Below, piece by piece: positions 53,562-63,975 of a stretch of DNA of 64,000 nt. A program made the position numbers and the translations under genes. Location: NCBI GenBank assembly GCA_026004215.1, contig BPIR01000001.1:1543860-1607859 (forward strand). The letters run 5' to 3'. The notes beneath the pieces were generated by a model that saw nothing but the letters and a program-made list of their open reading frames with translations, was not told the DNA's origin and did no database searches. The DNA is from Candidatus Binatia bacterium (GTDB lineage: Bacteria; Desulfobacterota; Binatia; HRBIN30). Within the stretch, counting starts at the first letter, position 1; every line of letters begins with the position of its first letter.

Positions 53562-55187
53562 CTATCTCCCTCGTGCTCCCTGTATTTTGCCCCAGCCGCC
53601 TCCCCCGGGCGTTTCCAGTCGAACGCGATCTCCGGGCCCAACCGCAATCGTTACCTTTGCCGGAAGCGGTTGTTTGCCTCTATCCTGGGGCTTCGCCTTG
53701 TTGCTCCGCACCAGCCAGTTGCGGCCCGGGTGCCCAGGGCCTCCACCCCAAAGCCCCCATGGCGCATACGTTCGCCGTTCGGTCAGGAGGCTCACCCGCG
53801 CCCGGCTCAGGAGTTCGATCTCGCGCACGATGCCATCGCCTCCACGATGAAATCCCGATCCGCCCGAACCGCGCCGAATCGAATACTCCGTGACACGCAA
53901 AGGATACTGAGCCTCCAATGCTTCCACCGGCGTGTTCCACGTGTTGGTCATGTGAGTGTGGAGACCAGAGGCGCCCGGGCCGTTTGGTCCCCCTCCGGCA
54001 CCACCACCGATCGTCTCGTAGTAGGCAAACGTGGCAGCGGGTGCTGCCCCTGTGCCCCCAATGGCGACGTTGTTCATAGATCCACAACTGGCAGCAGGTA
54101 CCCTATCGGGGGCTGCCTGGGCCAAGGCTCGCAAAACGACATCCACGATTCGCTGCGAGGTCTCGACGTTTCCCCCCGCAACCGCCGCCGGAAAGCGGGC
54201 GTTGACGATCGTTCCCTCGGGCGCGACGAGGCGCACGGGCCGCATCAGGCCCGCATTTGCAGGGATTTCTCCGCGAGCCAGCAACTGCAAGCAATACAGC
54301 ACGGCAGCCCATGTGACGGCGAGATTCGCGTTCACCCCGCCGCGCGTCTGTGAGGCGGACCCCGAGAAGTCGAACGTCATCGTGCTCGCTTCGACGGCAA
54401 TGGCCACACACAATGGCAACCGGGTGGCTCCCATTCCGTCGTCGTCGAGGTAATCTCGGGCCCGAAACACGCCTTTCGGCAAGCTGCGCAACACCCCGCG
54501 CAATCGCCTCTCCGAGTAGTCTTGCAGCGCAGCCATGGCGGCGCGCAAACGCGCCCGCCCCGCAGTGAACGCCAGCTCGCGTAGCCTCTTCTTGCCTACG
54601 CGCAGGGCTGCAAGCTGGGCCAGCAAATCTCCCTTCCGCTCCTCCGGCACACGCGTGTTGCCCGTAAAGATCTCGATGACGTCGGCACACACCCTTCCCC
54701 GGCGGACGATGTACACCGGCGGTAAGCGGATGCCTTCTTGGTAAATTTCTTCGGCCAATCCCATCGAGCCCGGGAACGCACCCCCAACATCTGCATGATG
54801 CGCGCGGGCTGCCACATAACCAAACGGGCGCGTCCGTTGGGCGAGACAAACCGGCGCAACCAGAGTCAAATCGGGCAAATGGGTGCCGCCAGAGAAGGGG
54901 TCGTTCACTCCCACCACGTCGCCCTCCACCAGGGTGCAGCGTGCCAGAACGGACTCGACCGCAAGTTGCATGGACCCCAAGTGTACGGGAATGTGAGCCG
55001 CCTGAGCGACCAATTGACCGTCCGAGTCGAAGACGGCGCAGGAGAAGTCCCTTCGCTCTTTGATGTTGGCGGAAAAACCGCTGCGCGCCAGCACGGCTCC
55101 CATCTCCTCGGCGATGGCAGCAACGCGGTGGCGAAATACTTCAATTTCCACCACATCCGGTTCGATGCCTCTTGCCGACATCTTCAT
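53562..55187 (-). CDS. Second hydantoinase B/oxoprolinase family protein (orphan, no adjacent A subunit)
   Basis: DVVEIEVFRHRVAAIAEEM...NDPFSGGTHLPD matches Hydantoinase_B. Confidence 0.85.
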   Translation of the reverse strand: MKMSARGIEPDVVEIEVFRHRVAAIAEEMGAVLARSGFSANIKERRDFSCAVFDSDGQLVAQAAHIPVHLGSMQLAVESVLARCTLVEGDVVGVNDPFSGGTHLPDLTLVAPVCLAQRTRPFGYVAARAHHADVGGAFPGSMGLAEEIYQEGIRLPPVYIVRRGRVCADVIEIFTGNTRVPEERKGDLLAQLAALRVGKKRLRELAFTAGRARLRAAMAALQDYSERRLRGVLRSLPKGVFRARDYLDDDGMGATRLPLCVAIAVEASTMTFDFSGSASQTRGGVNANLAVTWAAVLYCLQLLARGEIPANAGLMRPVRLVAPEGTIVNARFPAAVAGGNVETSQRIVDVVLRALAQAAPDRVPAASCGSMNNVAIGGTGAAPAATFAYYETIGGGAGGGPNGPGASGLHTHMTNTWNTPVEALEAQYPLRVTEYSIRRGSGGSGFHRGGDGIVREIELLSRARVSLLTERRTYAPWGLWGGGPGHPGRNWLVRSNKAKPQDRGKQPLPAKVTIAVGPGDRVRLETPGGGGWGKIQGARGR

Positions 55188-55270
55188 CCGGTGCCGCTGT
55201 GTACCGCCGGTCGGCTGATCGTGCAAATTCGCCGGTCAAAGGGTATCCTCGCGCCGAGCGAGGGATCGGA

Positions 55271-56773
55271 ATGTTCAAACTGCGTCGGGTGGGCATCGAC
55301 ACGTTGAGCGAACACGTTGTTTTCATCCACGAGCAAGCTGTGATCGCGGGAAATTTAGGGTTCCGGCCTCTCGATCGGGTCCGTGTTTGGGGGCAGAGTT
55401 CCGACAAGCCTGCTCAAGAAATTATCGGGGTCTTGAATTTTTGCACCAACCATTTGGTTGGAGCCGACGAAATTGGCGTTTCCGAAGTAGCGTTTCACGA
55501 CCTCGGGCTTCCGGAGGGAACTCCCGTTCATGCGGCGCACGCACCCGCCCCGGCCAGTGTCGATCTCGTGCGGAGTAAGCTTTGGGGCCGTCCTCTGGAT
55601 GAGCCATCGTTCACGGCCATCCTCCGCGACGTGGTGGCACACCGCTACTCGAAGGTCGAGCTTTCGATGTTCGTGCTCGCCTGCGCCTTGCGGCCAATGC
55701 AACCGCAGGAGCTGGTGGCCCTCACCAAGGCGATGATCCAAACGGGCACGACCTTGCGTTTTTCTCACGCGCCGATCGCTGACAAGCATTGTATCGGTGG
55801 GATTCCGGGCAATCGCACGACGATGATTGTCGTGCCCATTCTAGTGGCGCTCGGCCTCACGGTACCGAAAACCTCTTCGCGCGCCATTACCAGTCCGGCT
55901 GGTACGGCCGACACCATGAGTGTGCTCGCAAACGTGGCTTTTGACCCGGACACGCTTTACCGAATCATCGAGCGTGCCGGGGGCTGTATTGCTTGGGGCG
56001 GAGCGTTGGGCTTGGCGCCAGCAGACGACATCCTCATCACCGTGGAGCGGCCGATGGAAATCGACACGGAGGCCCAAATGGTGGCTTCGATCTTGTCCAA
56101 GAAGAAGACCGCGGGGGCAACCCATGCTCTTCTGGACATCCCGGTAGGGCCGAGTGCCAAGGTGCGAAGCCTCGAGCACGCGCAACGGCTGGCCGCGTTG
56201 TTTCAGTCCGTTGCCCAACAGATCGGGCTGCACCTGGAGGTGGCCATTACCGATGCCTGGGCCCCCATTGGCTGGGGCATAGGCCCGCGCTTGGAAGCTC
56301 TCGATGTCCTGGCCGTCCTTCAACGAGAAGCCGGCGCCCCCACCGACTTGCGCGAAAAATCTCTTTACCTGGCGGCGAGGATTCTAGAAATGACGGGTAA
56401 GGCCCCGCCGGGTCACGGCTACCGGCTGGCCTCACAGGCCCTCGATACAGGTGCGGCATGGGAAGCTTTTCAGCGAATTGTGCAAGCGCAAGGCCCGCGG
56501 CCGCTTCCGCCCGAGGCGGCGTTTCGCGCCGAATTTCCGTCCCCAGCCGACGGCCGCATTCGGGCCATTCACTGTTGGCACATGGCCCGAGTGGCGAAGC
56601 ATGCCGGAGCACCGGCGAACGTCAGCGCAGGGGTGCGCCTCCTACGTACCGTCGGTGATGTAGTCGAGCGAGGAGAACCCCTGTTCGAGATCCACGCCCA
56701 AAGCAAGGCACAACTCGAGCTCGCTCTCGAGTATGCGCGACGGCACGAGGAACTGATTAGCTTTGGGTTCTAG
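55271..56773 (+). CDS. AMP phosphorylase/putative thymidine phosphorylase (glycosyltransferase family 3, archaeal type)
   Basis: MFKLRRVGIDT... N-terminus plus GT3 blocks (HCIGGIPGNRTTMIVVPILVALG, TSSRAITSPAGTADTM). Confidence 0.8.
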   Translation: MFKLRRVGIDTLSEHVVFIHEQAVIAGNLGFRPLDRVRVWGQSSDKPAQEIIGVLNFCTNHLVGADEIGVSEVAFHDLGLPEGTPVHAAHAPAPASVDLVRSKLWGRPLDEPSFTAILRDVVAHRYSKVELSMFVLACALRPMQPQELVALTKAMIQTGTTLRFSHAPIADKHCIGGIPGNRTTMIVVPILVALGLTVPKTSSRAITSPAGTADTMSVLANVAFDPDTLYRIIERAGGCIAWGGALGLAPADDILITVERPMEIDTEAQMVASILSKKKTAGATHALLDIPVGPSAKVRSLEHAQRLAALFQSVAQQIGLHLEVAITDAWAPIGWGIGPRLEALDVLAVLQREAGAPTDLREKSLYLAARILEMTGKAPPGHGYRLASQALDTGAAWEAFQRIVQAQGPRPLPPEAAFRAEFPSPADGRIRAIHCWHMARVAKHAGAPANVSAGVRLLRTVGDVVERGEPLFEIHAQSKAQLELALEYARRHEELISFGF

Positions 56774-56813
56774 GGGCGGCCTAAGAGCTCGCCAGCTTGT
56801 ATCCGGCTCGACT

Positions 56814-57227
56814 CTATTTCTCTTGGATCGAGGCCAAGTACTCGGTGATCAACAGTACCTTGCCTCGAATGCGCGCCTCTTTGTTGATCGCTCCTGGGAC
56901 TTCCGATGCGAAAATTTCGCCCCAGACCGGCATGTCCGGGTCACCGTGAGCGCGTAAAGTTTCCCGGCCGTCGATGATCCGGATCACGCGCATGAACGGA
57001 AATTCACCCTTGTTTTTCTTTGCGAGCTGGGTGAGGTCACTGGGCCGCGGATTCATCAAATGGGAGACTACACCGTCCCCCTTCCCGGTCTCCCCATGGC
57101 ACGCGGAACAATACCGCAAGTAGGCTTGTCTCGCAGGTGGAATGGGCTCTTTCGCCGGAGCGACCGACGCTGCCCCCACGAATCCACCGAACGCAAAGAT
57201 CCCCAGAGCCAGCCTGAAAACGTTCAT
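56814..57227 (-). CDS. Class I mono-haem cytochrome c
   Basis: Signal peptide MNVFRLALGIFAFGGFVGAASVA, a CSACHG haem site and a distal Met region. Confidence 0.65.
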   Translation of the reverse strand: MNVFRLALGIFAFGGFVGAASVAPAKEPIPPARQAYLRYCSACHGETGKGDGVVSHLMNPRPSDLTQLAKKNKGEFPFMRVIRIIDGRETLRAHGDPDMPVWGEIFASEVPGAINKEARIRGKVLLITEYLASIQEK

Positions 57228-57488
57228 TCTTCCCTCCTTCCCAACGCTCCATGGGGCCAAGGCCCCCCCCACCGTGCGACCGATTGCAGGCAGGCGCTTA
57301 CACCATTTCCGATCGCTTGCCAAGGCCGTTTTCCCGAGCGGCCGCCCCTCCCTGCGATGGGCGAGCAGATGCCGCGAGTCGCCCACTGCGAAGCCCAGGA
57401 ACAAAAAGTTACCTCAGGAAAGCCGATTTAAAAATGTGGGGAGGCGAATCAGCCAGTTTGGCGAGGCACGGCGGCAGCAGGCGAAACC

Positions 57489-58166
57489 TCAATGGGTCTG
57501 CTCTTGCTTTCGCACAGCGCCGCGCATGGGTACGAAGGCCACAGCACCGAAGCGCTCCATTTTTGTCGTTCCATCCTCCAATTTGCGTACCCTCACCAAG
57601 GTCTCGCTCCAGCCCTCTTCAATTGGCATGACAATTACGCCATTTGGCTTTAGCTGCGCGAGCAGGGGCTCGGGCACTCGTGGGGCCACGGCGGTGATGA
57701 TCATGGCGTCAAACGGGGCGGCTTCCGGCCAGCCGAAAAAGCCGTCTCCCGCGCGCACATGGATATTCTTGTAGCCCAACCGCGCCAGTCGTTGCTTGGC
57801 TTCTTCGGCAAGTTCGGGGTCAATTTCGATCGTGTAAACTTCGCGACACAACAGGCTCAACACTGCAGCCTGGTAACCCGAGCCGGTGCCGACTTCCAAG
57901 ACGCGCTCGTCACCCTGGAGCTGGAGGAGTTGTGTCATCAGGCCCACGATGAGTGGTTGCGAAATTGTTTGTCCCTTCCCAATCGGAAGGGCACGATTGT
58001 CATAGGCTGCTTTGCGGTCGTGCGGGCGAACAAATTCTTCGCGAGGTACTTTTTGCAACGCTTCCAGGACCCTGGCGTCGGTAACACCCTCGATCCGAAG
58101 TTCCTCGATCAAGCCGTCTTTGGCGCGCTGCAAAAATTCTGTTTCGGTATTTTCAGGTGGCATAGC
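57489..58166 (-). CDS. pcm: Protein-L-isoaspartate O-methyltransferase
   Basis: QTISQPLIVGLM, VLEVGTGSGYQAAVL and the C-terminal blocks. An alternative upstream ATG at 58262 would add a 32-aa extension. Confidence 0.8.
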   Translation of the reverse strand, partial: AMPPENTETEFLQRAKDGLIEELRIEGVTDARVLEALQKVPREEFVRPHDRKAAYDNRALPIGKGQTISQPLIVGLMTQLLQLQGDERVLEVGTGSGYQAAVLSLLCREVYTIEIDPELAEEAKQRLARLGYKNIHVRAGDGFFGWPEAAPFDAMIITAVAPRVPEPLLAQLKPNGVIVMPIEEGWSETLVRVRKLEDGTTKMERFGAVAFVPMRGAVRKQEQTH

Positions 58167-58260
58167 TCTGCACGCGGCAGTCAAACAAATTGCAAGGATC
58201 AGCGAAAGAGCTTGACAGGCCTTCGCAAACGACGTCGAATCCAACACACCGGGAACGCAC

Positions 58261-58554
58261 ATGGCCGGTACAACCCGACAAGCTTTGGTCGAGCTTTTGC
58301 GCGGCAATCCCCGCAGCGCAAGGGAGCTATCCCGGTTGCTACAGATCCCCGAAAAAGAGGTCCTTGACCACATCGAACACGTGGCTCGCTCCCTGGCTCA
58401 CTCCCAGGAGGAGTTGGTGGTCCACCCAGCCACTTGCCTGAGTTGCGGCTATGTTTTTCGAGACCGCAAACGTTTCTCTCGACCCACTCGCTGCCCGCGA
58501 TGTCACGGAACACATCTTGCCTCGCCGAGGTATAGCATTTGCCCGAGTCGCTGA
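58261..58554 (+). CDS. Winged-helix plus C-terminal zinc-ribbon small regulator-like protein
   Basis: The N-terminus is ArsR-like helical; the C-terminus has CLSCG...x15...CPRCHG (a four-Cys ribbon). Confidence 0.45.
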   Translation: MAGTTRQALVELLRGNPRSARELSRLLQIPEKEVLDHIEHVARSLAHSQEELVVHPATCLSCGYVFRDRKRFSRPTRCPRCHGTHLASPRYSICPSR

Positions 58555-58802
58555 AGCTGCACGCCGTTCGTACGCCCTCGTATTGCGTCTCGGTCGTGCG
58601 CAACCGCATCAAAGGACTGTTCTAAAAGCACCCCGCCTGTGTCGAGCGAAACCATTCGGCGAGCGCAGTTTTCCGGAAAGGGCCACAATCCGGCGGAAAC
58701 TGCGAGCCGAACGGCCGACACAGCTTGGGCGGAATGGAAAAGGATGCCCGGCCGGTGCTGCAACGCTGGCGCCGCGCGCATTGGCGCGGCGCCAGGTCGC
58801 TA

Positions 58803-59975
58803 TTACGAAAGGTAATCCTGCAAGCCTTGCTCCGCGCAAATTTGGCGGAGCATCTTGAGCCCCCGGGCTTCGAGCTGGCGGATCCTCTCCCGGCTCACCC
58901 CAAACTCACGCCCAAGCTGCTCCAGCGTTTCGGTTTCGTCGTCATCCAAACCGAACCGCCGCCGCAGAATCTTGCTTTCGCGTGGAGGGAGCTTCTTCAG
59001 CGCCTCTTCCAACCGCTCCCGCAGGGAGACGTGTTCGGCCACCTCATCCGGCTCGGGCGTCTCTGCCGCCAGGGTGCTTTCGAGGGTGCGGTCGTCTTCG
59101 TCACCAATGGGAGCGTCGGTAGACAGGAACTGGAAGCTCTGCGCCATGGCTTCGAAGCGCTCCGGATCCAAGCCGTGCGAGGCGGCAATTTCCTCGCGCG
59201 ACACCGGGCCTTCGTTCTCCATAGCTAGCTCCCGAGCGTCCCGCCCGATCCGCCGCCGGAACTGATTCCAGTGCACAGGCAAGCGAATCAGCGACCCCTG
59301 CATGTCTGCAGCACGGCTCAGTTGCTGCCAAATCCACCAAGTCGCGTACGTACTGAACTTGATGTTGCGCTGCGGATCGTACTTCTCGATGGCGCGCAAC
59401 AACCCGATGGTTCCTTCCTGGAACAAGTCCAGCGACGTGAGGACGGGATGCCGATACCGGCGCGCAAATAGGTTCACGAGACGTAGGTTGGCCCTCATCA
59501 TCTCGTCCCGCAGTTCGCGGTATTCGTCTAGCGCGGTGGTGAGGTCGCGGATGAACTGCCGCAGCCGGCTGACCTTTTTAAACCCCGTCCGCTTGAGCAA
59601 CTTGCGATCGCGTAGCGCCTCTTCAGCGAAACGAAGAATCGCAACGGTCTCCCGCTCGCGGAAGTCCTCTTCCGGGAGGATCACTCCACGGCCGGCATCT
59701 TCTAGGGCCACTCGGCTCAGAGTCTTAGCGCGGCTCAAGACTCGAAGGATTCGGTCCCGAGCCCTGGCGATTTTCCGAGCCAGCGCCTCCTCCTCTGCCC
59801 GGCTCAATACGGACGTGGTCGCCAGATCGGCGGAAAAAAGAGACTCGACATCCCGCGCTTCCCATTCCGCGATCTCCTCGGTTGCGCTTTCGCCCAACTC
59901 GAGAGAGTCATCGGGACGGAGCTCTTCTTCACGGTCCAGAACGTTGTTATCGTTGTTGTAATCTGTGTCGAACAT
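58803..59975 (-). CDS. Sigma-70 family RNA polymerase sigma factor (regions 2, 3 and 4; non-ECF)
   Basis: Region 2.x (DLFQEGTIGLLRAIEKYDPQRNIKFSTYATWWIWQ) and region 4.2 (TLEQLGREFGVSRERIRQLEARGL), with an acidic N-terminus. Confidence 0.85.
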   Translation of the reverse strand: MFDTDYNNDNNVLDREEELRPDDSLELGESATEEIAEWEARDVESLFSADLATTSVLSRAEEEALARKIARARDRILRVLSRAKTLSRVALEDAGRGVILPEEDFRERETVAILRFAEEALRDRKLLKRTGFKKVSRLRQFIRDLTTALDEYRELRDEMMRANLRLVNLFARRYRHPVLTSLDLFQEGTIGLLRAIEKYDPQRNIKFSTYATWWIWQQLSRAADMQGSLIRLPVHWNQFRRRIGRDARELAMENEGPVSREEIAASHGLDPERFEAMAQSFQFLSTDAPIGDEDDRTLESTLAAETPEPDEVAEHVSLRERLEEALKKLPPRESKILRRRFGLDDDETETLEQLGREFGVSRERIRQLEARGLKMLRQICAEQGLQDYLS

Positions 59976-60250
59976 GGTGCGTTTCCGACGGACATCATCG
60001 GCGAAAATTCACCGAAGGTCCAGTGCGTTTTGAGCTTTTATTTTCGATGTTTGTGGAACGCTTTTCGCCCCCAAACAGCTACGGGCACTTCCACAAAACC
60101 GCGTCCTAATTTGCGTCGTTTTCGTAACGGAGTCAAGGACGAATTTCGTCTCTCTTTCGTTACCGGAATGACCCTCCCGGCCATTGGTTCCGATCGAATT
60201 GACTCGATCCTGAGCCTGGCTTAGGCTCGGCGCGACTGAGGTGCCGTCCC

Positions 60251-61069
60251 ATGAAGTGTCGGTCCCGACTCGCCCCGTTCATCCTCACGGTTTCAATTCT
60301 GGGGGTCGGTTGTGCCCCGACCAAGGATCATTCGATCCGGGTGGTCAGAATTGATCCATTGCGGGTCGTGGACCTGACTTACGAGTTCGGTGCGGACACG
60401 ATCTACTGGCCAACCAGTCAGCCCTTTCGGATCGAACGGGTTGCTTACGGCAAAACCCCCTCGGGCTACTGGTACGCGGCCAACAATATCTGCCTAGCGG
60501 AGCATGGGGGGACCCATACGGACGCCCCCATTCACTTCGCTGAGGGTGGTTGGTCTGCCGAGGCGATACCGATGAGCTCGCTGATCGGGCCAGCAGCCGT
60601 CATCGACCTCCGGCACGCAGCAGCCCGCAATCCGGACTACCTTATGACCGTCGCAGATGTTTTGGCCTGGGAAAACCGTTACGGACGGCTGCCAAAGGGG
60701 GCAATCGTTATCGCCTTTACTGGATGGGGACGCTTTTGGGGAGATAGGCGTGCATACCTTGGGACCGACGTTCCAGGGGATGTCCAGAATTTACACTTTC
60801 CAGGCATTTCACCAGAGGCTGCAAAATTCCTCGTTACCGAGCGAGACATCGCTGCCGTCGGTATTGACACTGCCAGCGTGGACCACGGGCCGTCACAGGA
60901 CTTTCCGGCGCACCGGATCCTAAACGGCGCCAACAAGCCGGTCTTTGAAAATGTGGCCAATGTCGAGCTTCTCCCGCCGTCTGGAGCCACGGTCCTAGCG
61001 CTACCTATGAAAATTCGCGGGGGCACCGGGGGCCCGACCCGCATCATTGCCCTCCTTCCAGGTTCCTGA
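60251..61069 (+). CDS. Cyclase-family (kynurenine-formamidase-like) lipoprotein
   Basis: Lipobox LGVGC and a putative cyclase fold with HGGTHTDAPIHF and DHGPSQDFPAHRIL metal motifs. Confidence 0.75.
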   Translation: MKCRSRLAPFILTVSILGVGCAPTKDHSIRVVRIDPLRVVDLTYEFGADTIYWPTSQPFRIERVAYGKTPSGYWYAANNICLAEHGGTHTDAPIHFAEGGWSAEAIPMSSLIGPAAVIDLRHAAARNPDYLMTVADVLAWENRYGRLPKGAIVIAFTGWGRFWGDRRAYLGTDVPGDVQNLHFPGISPEAAKFLVTERDIAAVGIDTASVDHGPSQDFPAHRILNGANKPVFENVANVELLPPSGATVLALPMKIRGGTGGPTRIIALLPGS

Positions 61070-61116
61070 GCCCTGAGAATTCGCTTGTTTGTTCTGTCGA
61101 GCAGGAGCACCCAACG

Positions 61117-61533
61117 TTGGCGTTGAGCCGGAGCAAGCAACTCGTGCTGTCCCTGAGCGGCATCGCGCTTGGGGGGCTCCTCTTTGTGTACGCATCGCTG
61201 CCGAAAGCGGTTCTCCGCCCCCAACTCGCTGTCGAGCGAATACGCCCGGGCGGTACCGATACTCGGGAGAGCCCTGCCGAGGCAGCAATTCGGTTACAGA
61301 TCCGCAACCACGGAACTGGCCACCTGAGAATCTATGAAGTGCGCTCCGGTTGCGGGGTGAGGCTCTTCTGGGAAGATTGTGGGCCCTGTTCGCTGCCCTT
61401 GGACCTTGCTCCCAACCAAGCCGTGTCTCTTCGCGTTCTGTTACAAGGAGACCCCGCCGCTCTCCGCACACCGCCAACGCTTACCTTTTATACAAATGAT
61501 CCCGAATCACCGGCACTGACCGTGGATCTTTGA
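61117..61533 (+). CDS. Membrane-anchored hypothetical protein (DUF1573-like Ig-fold?)
   Basis: An N-terminal TM then a beta-rich domain with SGCG...CGPC cysteines. Weak similarity only. Confidence 0.4.
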   Translation: MALSRSKQLVLSLSGIALGGLLFVYASLPKAVLRPQLAVERIRPGGTDTRESPAEAAIRLQIRNHGTGHLRIYEVRSGCGVRLFWEDCGPCSLPLDLAPNQAVSLRVLLQGDPAALRTPPTLTFYTNDPESPALTVDL

Positions 61534-61645
61534 GCGTTCGCTCCTCGGCATGGGTATCATCTCGGCGCGGGGCAACAATGCCAGTAAGTAGTCACACGGT
61601 TGTCGCACCGCCCAAGTTCGTGTAGGCGTTGTCACTTGCTCCGGA

Positions 61646-62611
61646 GTGCGGCGGCGGATGAATCGCGGCAGAGGCCAATCCAACAACAGACGGAAGCGAA
61701 ACAGCGGGGGGCTCGTAGTGGGCGTCGGAACCAGCAGTGTGGACCACCTGTGTATTGTGGCCCGCCACCCTCGCCTGGACAGCAAACAACCATTGCTCCA
61801 CTACGAGGTACAGCCGGGCGGTCAGGTTCCCACTGCTTTGGTGGCCTTGCAGCGGTGGGGCGCGGGCACTGCCTACATTGGCGCCTTTGGAGATGATCCA
61901 GGGGGTTACCTGGCTCGCAGTGCCCTCGCCCGCGAAGGTGTCAGCCTTGCCGGAGCCGTGACCATTCGGAATACCGCGCAGCCCGTCTCGGTAATTTTGA
62001 TCGACCAGATCACCGGCGAACGCTCCGTGTTACACCAAGCCAGCGCCAGGCTGTCCATCGCAGAGCTTAACCCCGAGGCCGCTCGGCAATTGGAATCGGC
62101 CGCAGTCTTGTTACTGGACGCCGTAGATTTGCCGCTGGCCATTCGTGCGGCAGAGAAAGTCAAGCAAGCCGGGGGCATTGTGGTTCTCGATGTGGATCGG
62201 CCGGGGAGCGGAATCGAGGATCTGTTACGGCGAAGCGACGTCGTGATCACCTCTCCGGAGTTCCCAACGCGTCTCGCTGGAACGGACGACCTGGCGCGAG
62301 CCCTCCGTTCTGTGGCGCGTTATGGCCCGTGGTTTGCCGCCGCCACGCTTGGTCCGGGCGGCGCGTTGGCTTACGTGCACGGCAAAGAGCATGCGGTGCG
62401 TGGATATCCAGTACACGCCATAGACTCCACTGGGGCCGGAGATGTATTCCACGCCGGTTGCATTTATGGGCTGCTCAAAGGCTGGGAAATCGAGGCAACG
62501 CTGCGGTACGCGGCTGCCGCCTCGGCGTTGAAGTGTCGGAAAGTCGGAGGCCGGCCCGGGATCCCGACCCCTGAGGAAGCTTTGGCGTTTGTCCGGCGTT
62601 GGGAACGATGA
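61646..62611 (+). CDS. PfkB-family carbohydrate kinase (ribokinase-like)
   Basis: C-terminal DSTGAGDVFHAGCIYGLL (PfkB signature 2) and an N-terminal GG dipeptide region. The real start may be the GTG at 61718, because the first 24 codons are Arg-rich. Confidence 0.75.
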   Translation: MRRRMNRGRGQSNNRRKRNSGGLVVGVGTSSVDHLCIVARHPRLDSKQPLLHYEVQPGGQVPTALVALQRWGAGTAYIGAFGDDPGGYLARSALAREGVSLAGAVTIRNTAQPVSVILIDQITGERSVLHQASARLSIAELNPEAARQLESAAVLLLDAVDLPLAIRAAEKVKQAGGIVVLDVDRPGSGIEDLLRRSDVVITSPEFPTRLAGTDDLARALRSVARYGPWFAAATLGPGGALAYVHGKEHAVRGYPVHAIDSTGAGDVFHAGCIYGLLKGWEIEATLRYAAAASALKCRKVGGRPGIPTPEEALAFVRRWER

Positions 62612-63975
62612 CCTCGGATACTCCATCGAACACAGAACTCCGCTCCTGCTCGCCAGTGGTTCCCGTGAGCGGCTGGGGCCGCTTTCCCGTCTCGGAAGCG
62701 CACTTGTGCGCTGGCGAACGGCTCGAACAGGTTGCGCGCCACACGGTGCTATCCCGAGGTCTCGGCCGTGCTTACGGCGACGCCGCTTTGCCTGCCACGC
62801 CCGGCGAGGCATTGACCAGCACGCTGTTCGCCGACCGGCTGCTGTCGTTCGACCCCGAGTCGGGCATTTTGCGAGCGGAAGCGGGTTGTCCCCTATGGCG
62901 GATCATCGAGGTGTTCTTGCCGCGGGGTTGGTTTCCTCCCGTGACTCCGGGCACCAAGTTCGTCACACTCGGGGGCATGGTGGCCGCGGATGTCCACGGT
63001 AAAATGCATCACTCGCAGGGGACGTTCGGCCGACACGTGGTTTCGATTCTCCTCCAGGTGGCCGACGGGCGTGTCATTGAATGTTCCCCCGAACACGAAG
63101 CCGAGCTATTCGATGCCACGTTGGGTGGCATGGGCCTGACCGGGCACATTCTCGAGGTCGCTTTTCGGATGCACAAGGTGCCGTCACCGTGGATCGTCGA
63201 ACAAACCGAAACATTTGCGGACATCCCCAGCTTGCTGGCAGCGCTGCGGGATGCCGGAGAAAAGTGGCCATTCACAGTTGCCTGGGCAGACCTTCTCAAC
63301 CCGCCACCTCACTTCGGTCGCAGTGCGCTCATGAAAGGCCGCTGGGCCGAACCACACGAGGCTCCCAGCCACCCGCCAAAGCCCAAGCGCACAGTGCGGG
63401 TGCCGGCGCTGTTTCCGAGCTGGTTTTTGCAAACTTGGATGGTACGCTACTTTAATCGGCTGTACCTGTACCGTGCGCGCCGCAATCAAAAGCCGCGAAT
63501 CGTGCATCCCGAGAGTTTTTTTTATCCCCTGGATGCACTGCTCGATTGGAACCGCTTGTATGGCCCGCGTGGCTTCACGCAGTATCAATGCGTCTTGCCC
63601 GCCGAGGACGGTTTCGAGCGCCATATTCGCTTCGTTCACCGGTTGCGCGAGCTCGCAGCACCCGTGTTTCTCGCCGTGATCAAGGATTGCGGCGCCGAGG
63701 GACGAGGCTTGCTTTCCTTTCCTCGTCCCGGGATCTCTTACGCTCTCGACATGCCCATGATGGCCCGGACGCAGGCAATTGTGGACGCTTTAAACGAATT
63801 TGTCATCGCAGCCGGGGGGCGCGTTTACCTCGCCAAAGATGCTCTCACACGCCCCGAGCATTTCCGCCTCATGGAACCGCGCCTACAACGCTTCCTTGCC
63901 GTACGCGACCGCTGGGATCCCCAACATCGGCTCCACAGCGCGTTGGCGGCACGACTGTTTGGTGACCGGCGATGA
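62608..63975 (+). CDS. FAD-linked oxidase, DprE1-like
   Basis: FAD_binding_4 N-terminus (GWGR..., RGLGRAYGD) and an ALO-type C-terminus. The ATGA overlaps the PfkB stop. Confidence 0.7.
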   Translation: MTSDTPSNTELRSCSPVVPVSGWGRFPVSEAHLCAGERLEQVARHTVLSRGLGRAYGDAALPATPGEALTSTLFADRLLSFDPESGILRAEAGCPLWRIIEVFLPRGWFPPVTPGTKFVTLGGMVAADVHGKMHHSQGTFGRHVVSILLQVADGRVIECSPEHEAELFDATLGGMGLTGHILEVAFRMHKVPSPWIVEQTETFADIPSLLAALRDAGEKWPFTVAWADLLNPPPHFGRSALMKGRWAEPHEAPSHPPKPKRTVRVPALFPSWFLQTWMVRYFNRLYLYRARRNQKPRIVHPESFFYPLDALLDWNRLYGPRGFTQYQCVLPAEDGFERHIRFVHRLRELAAPVFLAVIKDCGAEGRGLLSFPRPGISYALDMPMMARTQAIVDALNEFVIAAGGRVYLAKDALTRPEHFRLMEPRLQRFLAVRDRWDPQHRLHSALAARLFGDRR

